A stretch of DNA of 55,867 bases from the NCBI GenBank assembly GCA_032718475.1, contig JAUCBJ010000800.1, positions 1-55,867 on the forward strand, written 5' to 3'. Numbering within the stretch: position 1 is the stretch's first letter; the number at the start of each line of letters is the position of its first letter. Shown piece by piece: positions 1 through 11,389 of the stretch. A program made the translations under genes and the position numbers. The notes below the pieces were generated by a model, which saw only the letters and a program-made list of their open reading frames with translations, did no database searches and was not told the origin of the DNA. Source of the stretch: Nemertoderma westbladi. Lineage: Eukaryota; Animalia; Xenacoelomorpha.

Positions 1-563
1 ACCCCACGAACGTGTAAGAGCTACATATGAACAGAAAATATAAACAAATATTAATAACAGTTAGAAAGCACAATAGAAAGTGAAACATTTTGACTGAAGT
101 AGTTCTTACTAAAAGCCTATAAATACTTTAGCAGCTTCAAACTACTGTACTATTATACATGTACAAGGCAGACTAGACAGGGGTGTCCTGTTAATGGTAG
201 GGATTAAGATTAAATTCAATGTTATTGAGTTTATTGTTTTTTCCTTAAAGTTTCCCACTCATCTACAAATGTGTTAGTCAAAGTCAAGTTAACATTAAAG
301 CATACCGTAGAACATCGCCGTGAGCCGTCACTTGAACCGGGTACACTTTGTGTTAATTATTCAATATATAATTCATTAGCTATAAAATAAATAATTATCT
401 TTTAAATATCCCCTTTTGTCCTCAAAAGTGCGGACAACAATATTAATTTTTATTACGTAGGAAAATAGCTTTTATCACTATTATCGAGATATTTTATTTA
501 CCGAGCACCAGCGAGGTAATTAAAGGGTCTATATAATATTACAATTTTGATTATTTTTATTAG

Positions 564-2468
564 GTCTACTCCACGGATTCCCGCGCCAAACTCCACCATT
601 GTGCGTCGGAGTCGGATATCCGAGTCCGGAATCCGGAATCGGCGTGGCTCCTAGTCGGGGACGACGAGACCACGGTGGAGACGGACTCAGACGAGAGCTG
701 CCTCTCGGTCGCCGTGGAGATGGGCTCCCCGGACGCCCACGCACTCACTAAATGCTGCGAGTGCACCGCGTTCGTAGTGCGGGACGCCGCGCACGTGACG
801 CCTGCCAACTTCGAGCTGTGCGTCCACGCGATCCGAGTCTTTATAGAGGCGGCGGTGCGACTCAGTGAGATACGGAAACAGCGGAAAGAGACGCGACACT
901 CAAAGCGAGGGAGTAAAGGACGTAGGAGCAGTGCGGAGGGTACGAAACGTCGCGGAGATGGTACGAAACGTCGCGAAGATTCGGACGAAGAGTCGCAATC
1001 GGTTGGGGACTCCGGCGGACTCGGTACTAAGTACTCGGCGGCGCACAGCGCCACCACCCTCCAGCTGCTCGACCTGATGCACACGCTGCACGCGCGAGCC
1101 GCCGACATATACCGGTCCTGGGCCGCCGAGTCCGACGGGGTTGTCGACGCTAGTCCCGTTGCACTCTGGAACCTCTGCTGGTTTCCCCTCCTGCAGGGGA
1201 TGGCTCGGTTGTGCTGTGACCCTTGTTACCAAGTACGCATGACGTCATTAACCTACCTCCAACGCGCGCTACTAATGGTAGACCTTCAGTCTCTGCGCGC
1301 CTCCGAATGGGAGGCTTGCTTCCACAAAGTTCTCTTCCCACTCCTCAACCATCTCCTCGATAACTTCCTCGACGACGCCGTCGGCCTCGAGGAGACTCGT
1401 AATCGCGCTGTCGGCCTTCTCAGCAAGGTCTTCCTGCAGCATCTCACTCTGCTACCAACCCTTCCAACATTCACCGCGCTGTGGTTAACCATCCTCGACT
1501 TTATGGTTAAGTTTTACAAGGTTGGCGTCGACCACCTAACAGAGGCCATTCCCGAGTCACTAAAGAACATGTTGCTCGTTATGGACACCACGGGTATATT
1601 CGTTCGCTCGCGACACGGCCTCCAGCTGTGGTCTATGACGTGGCAACGTCTCGACCAAATACTCCCGGACTTAAAGGCCGACGTTTTCGGTAAAAACGGA
1701 CACCATCTCGACGCCGTTGGTGTTAAAGATGACTCTGAAACCTCAGTGAAAGAAACTAATGCAAGACGAAATCCATTTAATCACCCTGACTATGTGACCA
1801 CTAGCAACGGTGTAGCAACCCCTAACAACGCTGTGACTACTACTGCATCGCCATCGACTATCCCTTCTCAGGGCAGCAATACTTGTAATAAGGATAGTTC
1901 TGCTGATTCTAGCCAAACATCTAATGATAGTAGGCCTATTACACAGAGTTATGCTCAGGTATGTACTAGTGGTAGTTCCACACCCCAAGGAATGCGCGCA
2001 GCATCACCCTGCAGTCAAACTATTTCAGAAGTCCCCGTAGTAGAAACTCACTCAGATAATTCCAGTCTCAACTCGCATCAACACAACGACGCTGCGGTAA
2101 TCGAATCTGGGAACTCCGATTCGGAAGCAATTCCATGTGAAACAGCTGTTAATAATACAGACAGACTGAATAACGATATCGGGGAAACGTCAGAAAATCT
2201 CCAGGAAATTACCGAGGATAACATTGCCAAAGAGCACGTCACTTGTTCAGACATCACAGGTAGTCGTGACGACATAAATGATTACGTAATCACAACTGAT
2301 GAGGCTATAGAAGATACAGATTCTGTTACTGTCCACATATCGTCGGTTCTCAATAAGACTATAGAAGACGTCCCAGATGCTCCACCAGTTCAGCCTCTGT
2401 CTCTTCTCCTCTTCCCGATGAACACATCCGGTATCCCGATTCTAGCCCCGGGATCGCAGCCACAGTGA
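564..2468 (+). CDS. GBF1: Terminal coding exon of Golgi brefeldin A-resistance Arf guanine nucleotide exchange factor 1 (C-terminal HDS region plus low-complexity tail); upstream exons lie outside the window
   Basis: The 675-2468 ORF extends in frame to a pyrimidine-rich acceptor (ttttattag|GTC at 563/564), giving VYSTDSRAKLHHCASESD...WLLVGDD. Recognisable GBF1 motifs: KCCECTAFVVRDAAHVTPANFELCV, QLLDLMHTLH, WFPLLQGMARLCCD, LTYLQRALL, WEACFHKVLFPLL, LEETRNRA..LLSKVFLQHL, LPTFTALWLTILDFM, EAIPESLKNMLLVM. Stop TGA at 2466-2468. Confidence 0.93.
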   Translation, partial: VYSTDSRAKLHHCASESDIRVRNPESAWLLVGDDETTVETDSDESCLSVAVEMGSPDAHALTKCCECTAFVVRDAAHVTPANFELCVHAIRVFIEAAVRLSEIRKQRKETRHSKRGSKGRRSSAEGTKRRGDGTKRREDSDEESQSVGDSGGLGTKYSAAHSATTLQLLDLMHTLHARAADIYRSWAAESDGVVDASPVALWNLCWFPLLQGMARLCCDPCYQVRMTSLTYLQRALLMVDLQSLRASEWEACFHKVLFPLLNHLLDNFLDDAVGLEETRNRAVGLLSKVFLQHLTLLPTLPTFTALWLTILDFMVKFYKVGVDHLTEAIPESLKNMLLVMDTTGIFVRSRHGLQLWSMTWQRLDQILPDLKADVFGKNGHHLDAVGVKDDSETSVKETNARRNPFNHPDYVTTSNGVATPNNAVTTTASPSTIPSQGSNTCNKDSSADSSQTSNDSRPITQSYAQVCTSGSSTPQGMRAASPCSQTISEVPVVETHSDNSSLNSHQHNDAAVIESGNSDSEAIPCETAVNNTDRLNNDIGETSENLQEITEDNIAKEHVTCSDITGSRDDINDYVITTDEAIEDTDSVTVHISSVLNKTIEDVPDAPPVQPLSLLLFPMNTSGIPILAPGSQPQ

Positions 2469-2686
2469 TTGCCATCAACTAACTCTCATACAATCATCTT
2501 ACTAATATTCAACCTGCAATATTAACCAGATGTTGTATTATTATTGTTTCTGCCGTGAACAAGTTGCGTGCTTTCAGTTTTCAAACAAACTAAAATATAA
2601 TCAAATTAATTACTTTTCATTATTTAAAAGGAGGACCTTAAAGAATCAGTTCGAATAACCGAATCATTTACAATGAGCCACGGAGA

Positions 2687-2854
2687 AAGCGAGTGTAGCA
2701 TACCGGTACCGGGCTGTTTCAACCTTTGTCTGTCTGTCGGTCGGTCTGTCTGTCCTTGTCTCTGCCTTTCTGTAACTCAGTAGTTCTCTAGTCTCTCGCT
2801 AGAGGGCGACTGTTGAAGTAACGGTAACCTGGTAACCGCATGCTACACTCGCTT
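2687..2854. mobile_element. Small inverted-repeat element (MITE-like) in the probable GBF1 3' UTR
   Basis: Perfect 15-bp inverted repeat aagcgagtgtagcat (2687-2701) / atgctacactcgctt (2840-2854); no clear TSD. Confidence 0.55.
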
Positions 2855-3109
2855 ACAAGCTATTAACTGAAACTGCGCAATTTCTTTACTTAATGTAATT
2901 TTATGTAAAGTTTTTATGTAATTTTCGAATTCGTTGTGCTTAATAATATAATTTATTTTTTTCGTTTGCGTTCGGTGCATTACAGCATTAATTGGTGTAA
3001 GTATGTCTGTCTGTAGTCTAAAACTTGTTCGTCTTGGATGTTTAATTAACTCGAAATAGAACTGTAACTTTACTTTACCTGGTCTGGTTTATAATATTAC
3101 GTCATTGTT

Positions 3110-3128
3110 AATAAAACAACATAATAAA
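3110..3128 (+). promoter_or_regulatory. Candidate polyadenylation signals for GBF1
   Basis: Two AATAAA hexamers (3110, 3123) followed by a GT/T-rich tract near 3153; weak evidence in AT-rich DNA. Confidence 0.35.
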
Positions 3129-3588
3129 CAATTATAGCCCTGTACTGGTACCGTTGTTGTTACTTTATCTTATCTTTATAGTAAACGAGTTGGATAGAAA
3201 AAATAGCACTAACATATTATTTATATCTGCAATTATTTTGTACCAGTCCACTTTATAAATGATATTGGAGCAGAAGAGTGAATCATAAAATACTAGAAAA
3301 TTTAAATATTTCGAAATACCGTTTTATAAACGTCATTCAGCTCATTTATTTTGGATAGTTTATTTATTTTCTTCGCTATTGTATGTATTATTATTATAGA
3401 GTCCCGATAGAAACGACATATCCGCTAATTATTTTAACCAACCATCGTCATTATTCTTATTCAAAAACTCTTATTAATATTGATCTAATATAAATATAAA
3501 TCTTAAGTCCTATTTATTTTTTTAGTTTTTTCCAAAAAATATGTTTTCCAAGTCAATTCTGTAATTGGAGTTTGCTGTAATTTTATAT

Positions 3589-3831
3589 GGCCCGGGTCAC
3601 ACACGAGCTTCAACATTCAACTTCAACTAAAATATAGAAACATTGTAGCCTATGGAGACGTTCACACATAAACTTTCAACATCCACTAATCCTATGTTAC
3701 ATCTACACGAAAATGAAAGCTAGCATCATCTCTAGAGCATAGACAACCAATCAGAAGTAACAACTATGTTACCAACGTTAGTGAACCGGGGCGGAGTTAT
3801 TCGATGTTGAAGCTCATCTGTAACCCGAGTC
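3589..3831. mobile_element. Degenerate PIF/Harbinger-type MITE
   Basis: Imperfect TIRs ggcccgggtcacacacgagcttcaacat / atgttgaagctcatctgtaacccgagtc, flanked by tat and taa. Confidence 0.6.
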
Positions 3832-4211
3832 TAACAGAAAGGCTACATTAGTTTATTCTCCAGCCACCTCGTCCCTCAACTAATAGGGACTCTATAGAGG
3901 AATCCAATATAGACAGACTGGCTAGTTACGGTGTGGTAGAATATTGTTTCACTTTGGTTGTAATTCTGGTCGCTTTTCCATCTCATTAAAAGTATCATTA
4001 TTAAGTATTTATTTATTAAATATATATTTAGTTTGTTTGATTGTAAATTAATATATGTTACTTTTGCTTGGTGCAGTGGGATAGATAACAAATAAATTTT
4101 AGCTACAATTAAAGTTTAATGTAATTATTGTTGATTTTACAATTATTTTTATGATAAACCGCAGCGGTACAGATAGGAGTTGGGAATTTATTGTTGTCAT
4201 TAATACACTTA

Positions 4212-4480
4212 GCCGTTGATCACACCTTGGCGCAGTGTTTAAATCCGTTCGACTCCGAAGGTCGTGGGTTCGATCCTAGCACGGAGCAGTTTTCGTTTCG
4301 GTACGAATGCTTTAGAGGGACTAGTCAGGGTGCATATCTGCCTTGAATCCTTAATTGATAGCTAAATGAGTACTGGAGATTCCTCTGGGGAGTATAGTTC
4401 TGGGGGGACCGCACTGAAAATAAGTCGTCAGACTTTGTACGTAGTCCCTGGCCTAACGGTCGAAGAAAACTTTACTTTTC
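4212..4480 (+). mobile_element. tRNA-derived SINE
   Basis: A-box-like tggcgcagtg (4228), B-box ggttcgatcc (4267), central ...gctaaatgagtact motif, short cttta-type tail; no complete cloverleaf. Confidence 0.7.
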
Positions 4481-4799
4481 GCATTGCAAAACATACCAAC
4501 TACAGTGTGTCTACCAAATGCCTCCGATCAACCTTTGCTTATGACAGTTTTTTGGCAATAAATCTCTAAATTTTGCATGTATTCCTACATAGCGTCACCG
4601 GCATTGAATATGGCCTGGCAAACACCACCACAACAAAAATACACTAATTTTAAATTGTTATTCAATTCCGAACTTAAGACTGGTACAAAATGCTAGGTCG
4701 ATTCATTTCCGACTTCATTAATAAGTATTATTTCGTAAATTTAAAGAAAAACATTCAAATATCGAGAATGTCCGTAACGTCCGACACCGTGGAATTGAC

Positions 4800-6250
4800 C
4801 ATATATTATTGTTCTAGAACATATCCCGCGTCAAAAAATATAATGTTTTTCTATGGTAGCTAGTATTTTTTATCTAGCTAGTGGGGAGGAGTACGGGGTA
4901 CTACTATGTTATGGGTACCCACTTTTTAAACAAATTTATTCATATGAAAATTGCTTTTATTATGAGGTTTTTTGTTCTAGAACAAGTATTTAACCTTCTG
5001 CCAGTACGATGGTAGCTAGTAATTTTGATTTTGTGTTATAGCTAGTACTTTTTATTAGCTAGTGAAAAAAATTATAATGGAAAAATTGAAAAAAAATTTG
5101 ACCAACTATTTTCTTGTAAAAATATATTTTATTTTGAAGTTTTTTATCTAGAACAAATATTTGACCTTCTGACAGTAAGATGGTAGCTAGTACTTTTAAT
5201 TTTGTGTTAGCTAGTACTATTTATTAGCTAGTAAATGTAAGATATACTGGTAATTTAATTCTCAATTATATATTTGCATGGAATAATTTATGAGTCATGG
5301 CAGCTAGTAATTTTTATTTGATAGTCAACGTAGCTAGTAATTATTCACTAGCTAGTTTTTTATACAAAATATGAGATACAGATGTAAAAATAGAGTTTTT
5401 ACATATTTTACTTATTTAGGCCTATTTTACTTATTACTAGATTTATTTATCTTTTTATTAGTCATTTCTACAGTAGAATATATTGATGATATGGAAATTG
5501 TCTAAATAAAAGGGGCACTACAAAATTTCTTTTCTAATTTTAAGATCACTATCTACCTTTAAAAACACTAGCTACCATAATAAAAAATAATAGCTAACCT
5601 CTCTCAGAAGGTGAAATAATTTATGTTCTAGAACAAAAAACCATCTTGATAATATCCATTAACATGGTCCAAAATATTATTTTGTAATTTTAAGATCTCT
5701 AGCTACTTTTAAAAACACTAGCTACTTTAATAAAAAATAATAGGTAACCTCTCTCAGAAGGTGAAATTTATGTTCTAGAACGAAAAACAACATAATAATA
5801 TCCAATAATATGGTAAAAAAAATTGCTCAAAAATTTGGGGCCAAAAATTTGGTTTTGTAATTTTAAAAACAGTAGCTACCTAAAAGAAATCACTAGCTAC
5901 CATAAAAAAAACAATAGCTAACGTCTAACAGAAGATGACATTAATGTTATAAAACAAAAACCTCAAGATAATAGCCATTAACATTGTCAAATAAATGGTC
6001 AAAAAGTGGGTACCCATAACATAGTAGTACCGAGTACGGTACTATATTTAGCTACTATTTTTTTAAACAGCAGCTAGCAGATTAGCTAATGTTCTAAAAA
6101 ATATTTTCAGTGTTGCTTAAACATCAGTAGCATTATTATTATTATTATTATTATTATTAGCATTAGTAGCAAAATTAAAATTGTTTTTAAAACACTAGCT
6201 ACCTTAAAAAGCAATGGCTAACATTAAAAACACTAGCTATTTTAAATAAA
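4800..6250. repeat. Foldback-like AT-rich element with reiterated agctagta / ttctagaac motifs
   Basis: gtactactatgttatgggtacccactttt (~4898-4926) recurs inverted at ~6002-6030. Internal units switch orientation near 5500 (tagctagta to tagctac). A related piece lies at ~6700-6860. Confidence 0.65.
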
Positions 6251-6263
6251 AATTAGTCACTAA

Positions 6264-6419
6264 GGCCGCGTTCACACTACCGAGTCAAAGTCAAAAGACA
6301 AAATGTAAAAAAAATAACAAGAAATTAATTTTTTTCTACCATAATGTATTATTATTTATTATTGCTAGCTAACTATATTTATTTTATTTTGACTTTGACT
6401 CGGTAGTGTGAACGCGGCC
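6264..6419. mobile_element. PIF/Harbinger (Tourist-like) MITE
   Basis: Perfect ~33-bp TIR ggccgcgttcacactaccgagtcaaagtcaaaa, with TAA duplication on both sides (6261-6263, 6420-6422). Confidence 0.9.
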
Positions 6420-7160
6420 TAATAATGTTCAACATTGGTCAATGAGAACATCACAGAAAATCCAAAGTCAAAGACTCAAACAATATATTTTAAAATAATA
6501 GCTACTTGATTAGCTAATGTTCTAGAACAAAACATCTTTCTTTACAAAGTTGCTCTAAATATAGAAGGACATTTACAGTGTAAGTAAACATAATTATTTC
6601 AATTTATTAATATTTACCAAAATATCAAATGGGGAGGTATACGGAACTCTTGCCGTTTTGTCTACTTTTTTTATAAATGTTAAAGAACACGTGTTAGTTA
6701 TCAATTTTGATAAATATTTTTGTTCTAGAATCCCAGTTTTTCTAGAACATTTTTTTTTTATATACCATCCTACTGTCAGAAGGTCAAATATTTGTTTTAG
6801 AAAAAACCTCATGATAAAAGCCCTTTTCATATGAAAAAAATTGGTCAAACTATGGATATCCAAGGTATAGTAATGCCCATATAATGCCCAGAAGCTTCGA
6901 TGGACAATATTAAGGCTGAAAAAGACCCAGATAAAGTGAGAAGATGTACAACAAATAAAACGACGTAAATGGTGGCTGAAAGTTGCCACCACAATCAATA
7001 AATCCGGGTCGGCCCGGTCCTATAATTAAGAGTTCGCATATATAACATAATTTAAATGCTGCATCCCCAACACCAAAATACACAAATTAATATATAAAAT
7101 AGTATTCAAAATATGGATAGAGAAAGAGAGAGATAGAGGTGGCTGGCCACTGTAGGGTAA

Positions 7161-7333
7161 GGCCCCCCTCACACGGAGCAACTTGTTTCTCCAACTTGTT
7201 GCTGGACCCCCTCACACACAGAAAATAAGTTTCGGAAACAAGTTTCAGCAACTTGTTGCTGGACTCCTCACACACAGAAACAAGTTTCGGAAACAAGTTG
7301 CAGAAACAAGTTGCTCCGTGTGAGTGTGGGGCC
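7161..7333. mobile_element. PIF/Harbinger (Tourist-like) MITE
   Basis: TIRs ggcccccctcacacggagcaacttgtttc / gaaacaagttgctccgtgtgagtgtggggcc, TAA on both flanks, internal duplicated caacttgttgctggac unit. Confidence 0.88.
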
Positions 7334-7369
7334 TAACTGTTTCCCCACAGGACTAGTCCGTACAATAAG

Positions 7370-8180
7370 TTATTATTATTAATTATTTAATACAACATTA
7401 GCCAATCAAGGCTTTAGCTGAGTATTGAACGACAAACTAACCAACAACAACAACCAAATACCAATTAACAATCAATTATACCAAATAACGAGTATACCAT
7501 ATGATTCTTTGCACCGGTTAAAAGATCTGGCGCCTAGAATAATGTAACAAAATAACAACAACAGCTACAGTGAAAGCAAACTAAAGTTACAACAACGTGC
7601 TAATTATTAATACAAAAAGTGAGGGTGAACAAGCGCAAAATATAGTGTTCTTAATATGTAAATTGGTAGAATGTGTCTTAATTTATAAAATATTCCTGAG
7701 AGTTTTGATATTTTTGATAAGATATATATTCACAATGAAATTTCCAATTAATTTTGTTATCTATAAAATTTCATAGAAATTTTGAGGCGGTTTTTTGTGG
7801 CAAAAGGGTAGATTGTATTGTAACCGTAGGGATTGTTGGATGTCGGCTGTTATGGAATAGTAATCAGTTTTCTTTAAATTTAATGAAAGTTTGTTGTCAT
7901 TGAGCCAGTCTTGTAGTTTCTCGAGTTCAGTGTTACAGTTTTAATGAGTGTGTTTGTATTTTTATCGCAGTGACGTAGCTTAGTGTCGTCGGCGGCGGAA
8001 AGTGTTGTCCGTAGTTTATTACAGTTCGGTAAGTCGTTTGTATAGAGTAAGAATAGAGTAGGACTAAGTATAGCTCCCCGTGGAGTTCCAAAAGGTGAGT
8101 TAGTTGTTCCAGTTGTAGTTCCACTTACTTTACCACTTAAATAGTTACTTTTGGATGCGGATGTTAAATTCAGGAACACG
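7370..8180 (-). mobile_element. Degraded 3' LINE fragment (reverse transcriptase)
   Basis: ORF 7880-8179 reads FGTPRGAILSPTLFLLYTNDLP...ADDTKL (GVPQG and ADD motifs); (TAA)n-like tail at ~7370. Confidence 0.8.
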
Positions 8181-8254
8181 ATCCGTTGTTTTAATCCATG
8201 TATGAATAGTTACGTGCTAGTAATATTACACCATCACCCATAATACAACATGTT

Positions 8255-11200
8255 TTGGGGGTCGGAGCCACCCCCCCTAATTCTTTTTACAAATTTTAAT
8301 CATATGCTACGAAATTCGGTATGAAAGATAATAGTTCGACAATTTTTCTTACTGCTGGCAGAGCCGGAATTTTCAATATCAGAGCTATTTCGATACAACA
8401 AGCCGTTAAAAATGCATATTAAGCAATATGTAACCATCTCTGTTGGCTTTATTCTCGTTTCTTCATTACTCGTAATGAATATCCTAGATCAGTCATTCCA
8501 AATGAAAGTTGCATGGTTTAGCATCTTCGCGAGGCAATTTAATTCCAGGGGCCTAATTAATAAATATACCATATTCTGAAACATGTTGTTTATCCCATAC
8601 ATCGCTATTCACATAAACAAAGCGTTCTAGAATATGGTGTATTTATTAAATAGTATAACAATAATAGTATAATTTAATTACACCAAAAAGGTATTGGGTT
8701 AAAATAATACAGTGGTGCACACCAATAAGGGGGGAGATAATCTGATCTGCACTATTAGTAACTGTGGTACTCAGCACTAAGCAGCATAGGATTTGCAACA
8801 ATAAATAAAACACAGAAGGGCATCAGGGCATAATAAAAACGGAAGTAAAATCATTTAATTGTCAGTACTATATAAAATATTTAAAAAAAATTCAAATTTG
8901 GGCGCCCTTAAAACTCATCGAAAAATTATAATAATAAAATTAAATAAATAAATAGTTAGGTTGAGAAAATTTTATAAATAAATAGGGTCATGTTATCAGG
9001 GCAGTAGTATAGATTATTAGATTATCGCACCAAGAGGCGCGCGGCGCCAGTGTAGCTGGCATTTATTTCTTAAGATCTCAGATAAAACGTTACACATAGC
9101 ATAACTAAAAATCAAATCATCTTATCATATTATCCTCCAAGAGCTTCCAGGTAATTTTTTATAATGTTGATTCTGCGTGAGAAGTTAATCTTCAAATTAT
9201 AGGCTGATATGGTAAAGTCTAGGTGTCTTTGTTCGCAAGATCCCAATGGTCCCAAGCTGATTTCCTTAATGTTGAATGAGTGGATAAGGAGTCTGGGAAG
9301 ATCGTTGAAGCGATCGCAATGTGTGTTGGTAAGTATCATTAATCAGAGATTCCACTTTAAACGCTGTGTTGCTTCTGGAATTAGTACTTTCGAAAAGTTA
9401 AGGAAAAGCGGATGTTGATATGCAGATTTCTTCCCACTCAGCATGATCCAGCTTGTTTTGTCTCTGTCGATTTCCATTCCCAGTTCCATTAGACTTGCGC
9501 TGATTCTGTGTATTTGCAATGATTAATTTAAACCCGCTTATAATAATAATATCATCAGCATACGATATTGTGAAACAACGTGTTTCTTCAGATAAGATGT
9601 CATTATTTATATCCGAGTGTTGATTACAATTTTTGGAGTTTAAAGAGTTTTTGGTGTTGGACTTCCAGATTTTAAACAAGTTCTTCGATGTTTCCTTGAC
9701 CCTGGTTAAATTTTGTTCGGATACATACGTTCTTTGCTATTCGTTTCCCATTTGTTACAATGCACTGTTTGCTCTCGGTAAATAGAATTTCACTCATCTT
9801 GTCAGTGTATTCATTTAGGTTTTGTTCAGACCAATCCTTCAAATGTAACGGCATCTCCTTGTTCAGGTTTTCAATTCTATTCGAATTGAATTTGAATATT
9901 ATATTCTTTTCTTTATATAGCTTTTTCTTCGCCTGAGTTGTCTTGCTCCATTGGAAACGAATTTCCTTTCTTAAATAACTTCTTTTGTTGGTGCCCTTGC
10001 ATGTGTTGTTCTTGTCATCCATTGTAAAAGCCATATCCATCAAAATAGGGCCGTGATCAGAGTTATTATCACATTCCTGATCTTTGACTGTTCCAGATAT
10101 TACCAGTTTGCTATAAGCTTTTTGAAATACAATATGGTTAATATAAGATCTGGAGTTGTTATTACCATAATAAGTCACTAAAGGACCAGGACCATTAAAC
10201 ATTCCCATTGTGTCTACAGTAGATATATTGTTTGAGTTCAGGAACCTGTTAAAAGGCAAGCCATTTCGATTTGGCTTAGAACGAGAGTAACGTGGGCCAT
10301 GAGAGTTTCCTAGGTCAGCGTTGGCATCCATCAGAAGAGTAGGTATAGCTTCAGGGTAGTGATACAATAAACTTTCAATATTTCCTAAGAATTCATTATA
10401 TGCAGCGCTACCTTTAGAGACATCGGGAGCATATCCTGAGATGAAAAGAATCGGTTGTCTCATCACCTTAAAAGTTACATATGCGGACACAATATTATTA
10501 GATCCTGTTGAAATCTTTGTGCAGTCCTTCACTAAAGAGCTTCTCAGAAAACAACTCCACCCTTTCCTCTAGGTGCAGATATTTTGCTCTGGGATGTTTC
10601 ATAGAAACATGAAATTACTATCAAGAATAGTTACATTGTTTGGAACGCTTTGCTCCTTGTCATAAGTGTCAAATACGTTGTGCTTGAAAGCGATTGATCG
10701 ATGAAAAGGTATTGCTATGTGATGAATCAATATGGTAATAGTATAGCATTATGTTAGAATCAGAGATTTCATTCTCGGTGATTCAGACTCACCCAATGCG
10801 CGAGCGACCTGGAGTTCGCGGGGCAGCTGAGGAGGTGGTAAGTTGGCGACGGTTGGCCGCAGAGCTTACACAAGCAGTTCTCCAGATATCGTGGAAGTTG
10901 CTGTTGATACACAGCAATTATTAAATAGAATAAAACAGCCCCGCGCAGATGCAAAACCATCATATCTCAGTTATTGTACGACGAAATTTAGATTGTGTTA
11001 CATATTTGGAATACTTGCACGGACAGCCATTGATACCATACCAAGAAACCACGTTAAGGTTGAAGAGTAACGGTTGTGTTGTTGGTGCAATATCAATGGA
11101 TACACTTTTTGGAAAGCTTCTACCTAAAGATTTAAAGCTAAAATAAAAATTCTGGCTCACCAAGTAACGAGGAGGTAGGTGAAACTATTTATCTTTCAAA

Positions 11201-11255
11201 TTTCATGCCATCTCATTAAGATTTTTTGAAAAATTAGGGGGGGGGGGTGATCACA
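8255..11255. mobile_element. Old DNA-transposon relic defined by diverged inverted ends, interrupted by LINE sequence
   Basis: caccccccctaatt...gaaagataatagttcgac (~8268-8340) resembles the reverse complement of gtgaaactatttatctttc...aattagggggggggggtg (~11179-11250). Confidence 0.45.
9100..10700 (-). mobile_element. Internally deleted LINE ORF2 remnant (APE endonuclease plus RT fragment)
   Basis: ORF 9672-10532 has ISGYAP, MDANADLG, SYINHI and SDHGPI endonuclease motifs; ORF 9398-9679 has ISYADDIIII, but the intervening RT motifs are missing. Confidence 0.85.
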
Positions 11256-11389
11256 GAATTACGATACTATATTACGAGGCATAAGTAAATAATAAATTTT
11301 TGAATAACAGCAATTTCAGTTGTTTATTGATCACAAGATTAAGCATTAAAAAACATCAGTTTTTATTTGCCTTTGTTTTTTCCAACCGA

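Noticed and set aside
529-2275. Antisense and alternative-frame ORFs over GBF1
   Set aside because: Shadow ORFs expected in GC-rich coding DNA; no recognisable motifs.
4228-4290. tRNA gene
   Set aside because: A and B boxes are present but there is no complete cloverleaf and it continues into a SINE body; the same holds at 41248-41300.
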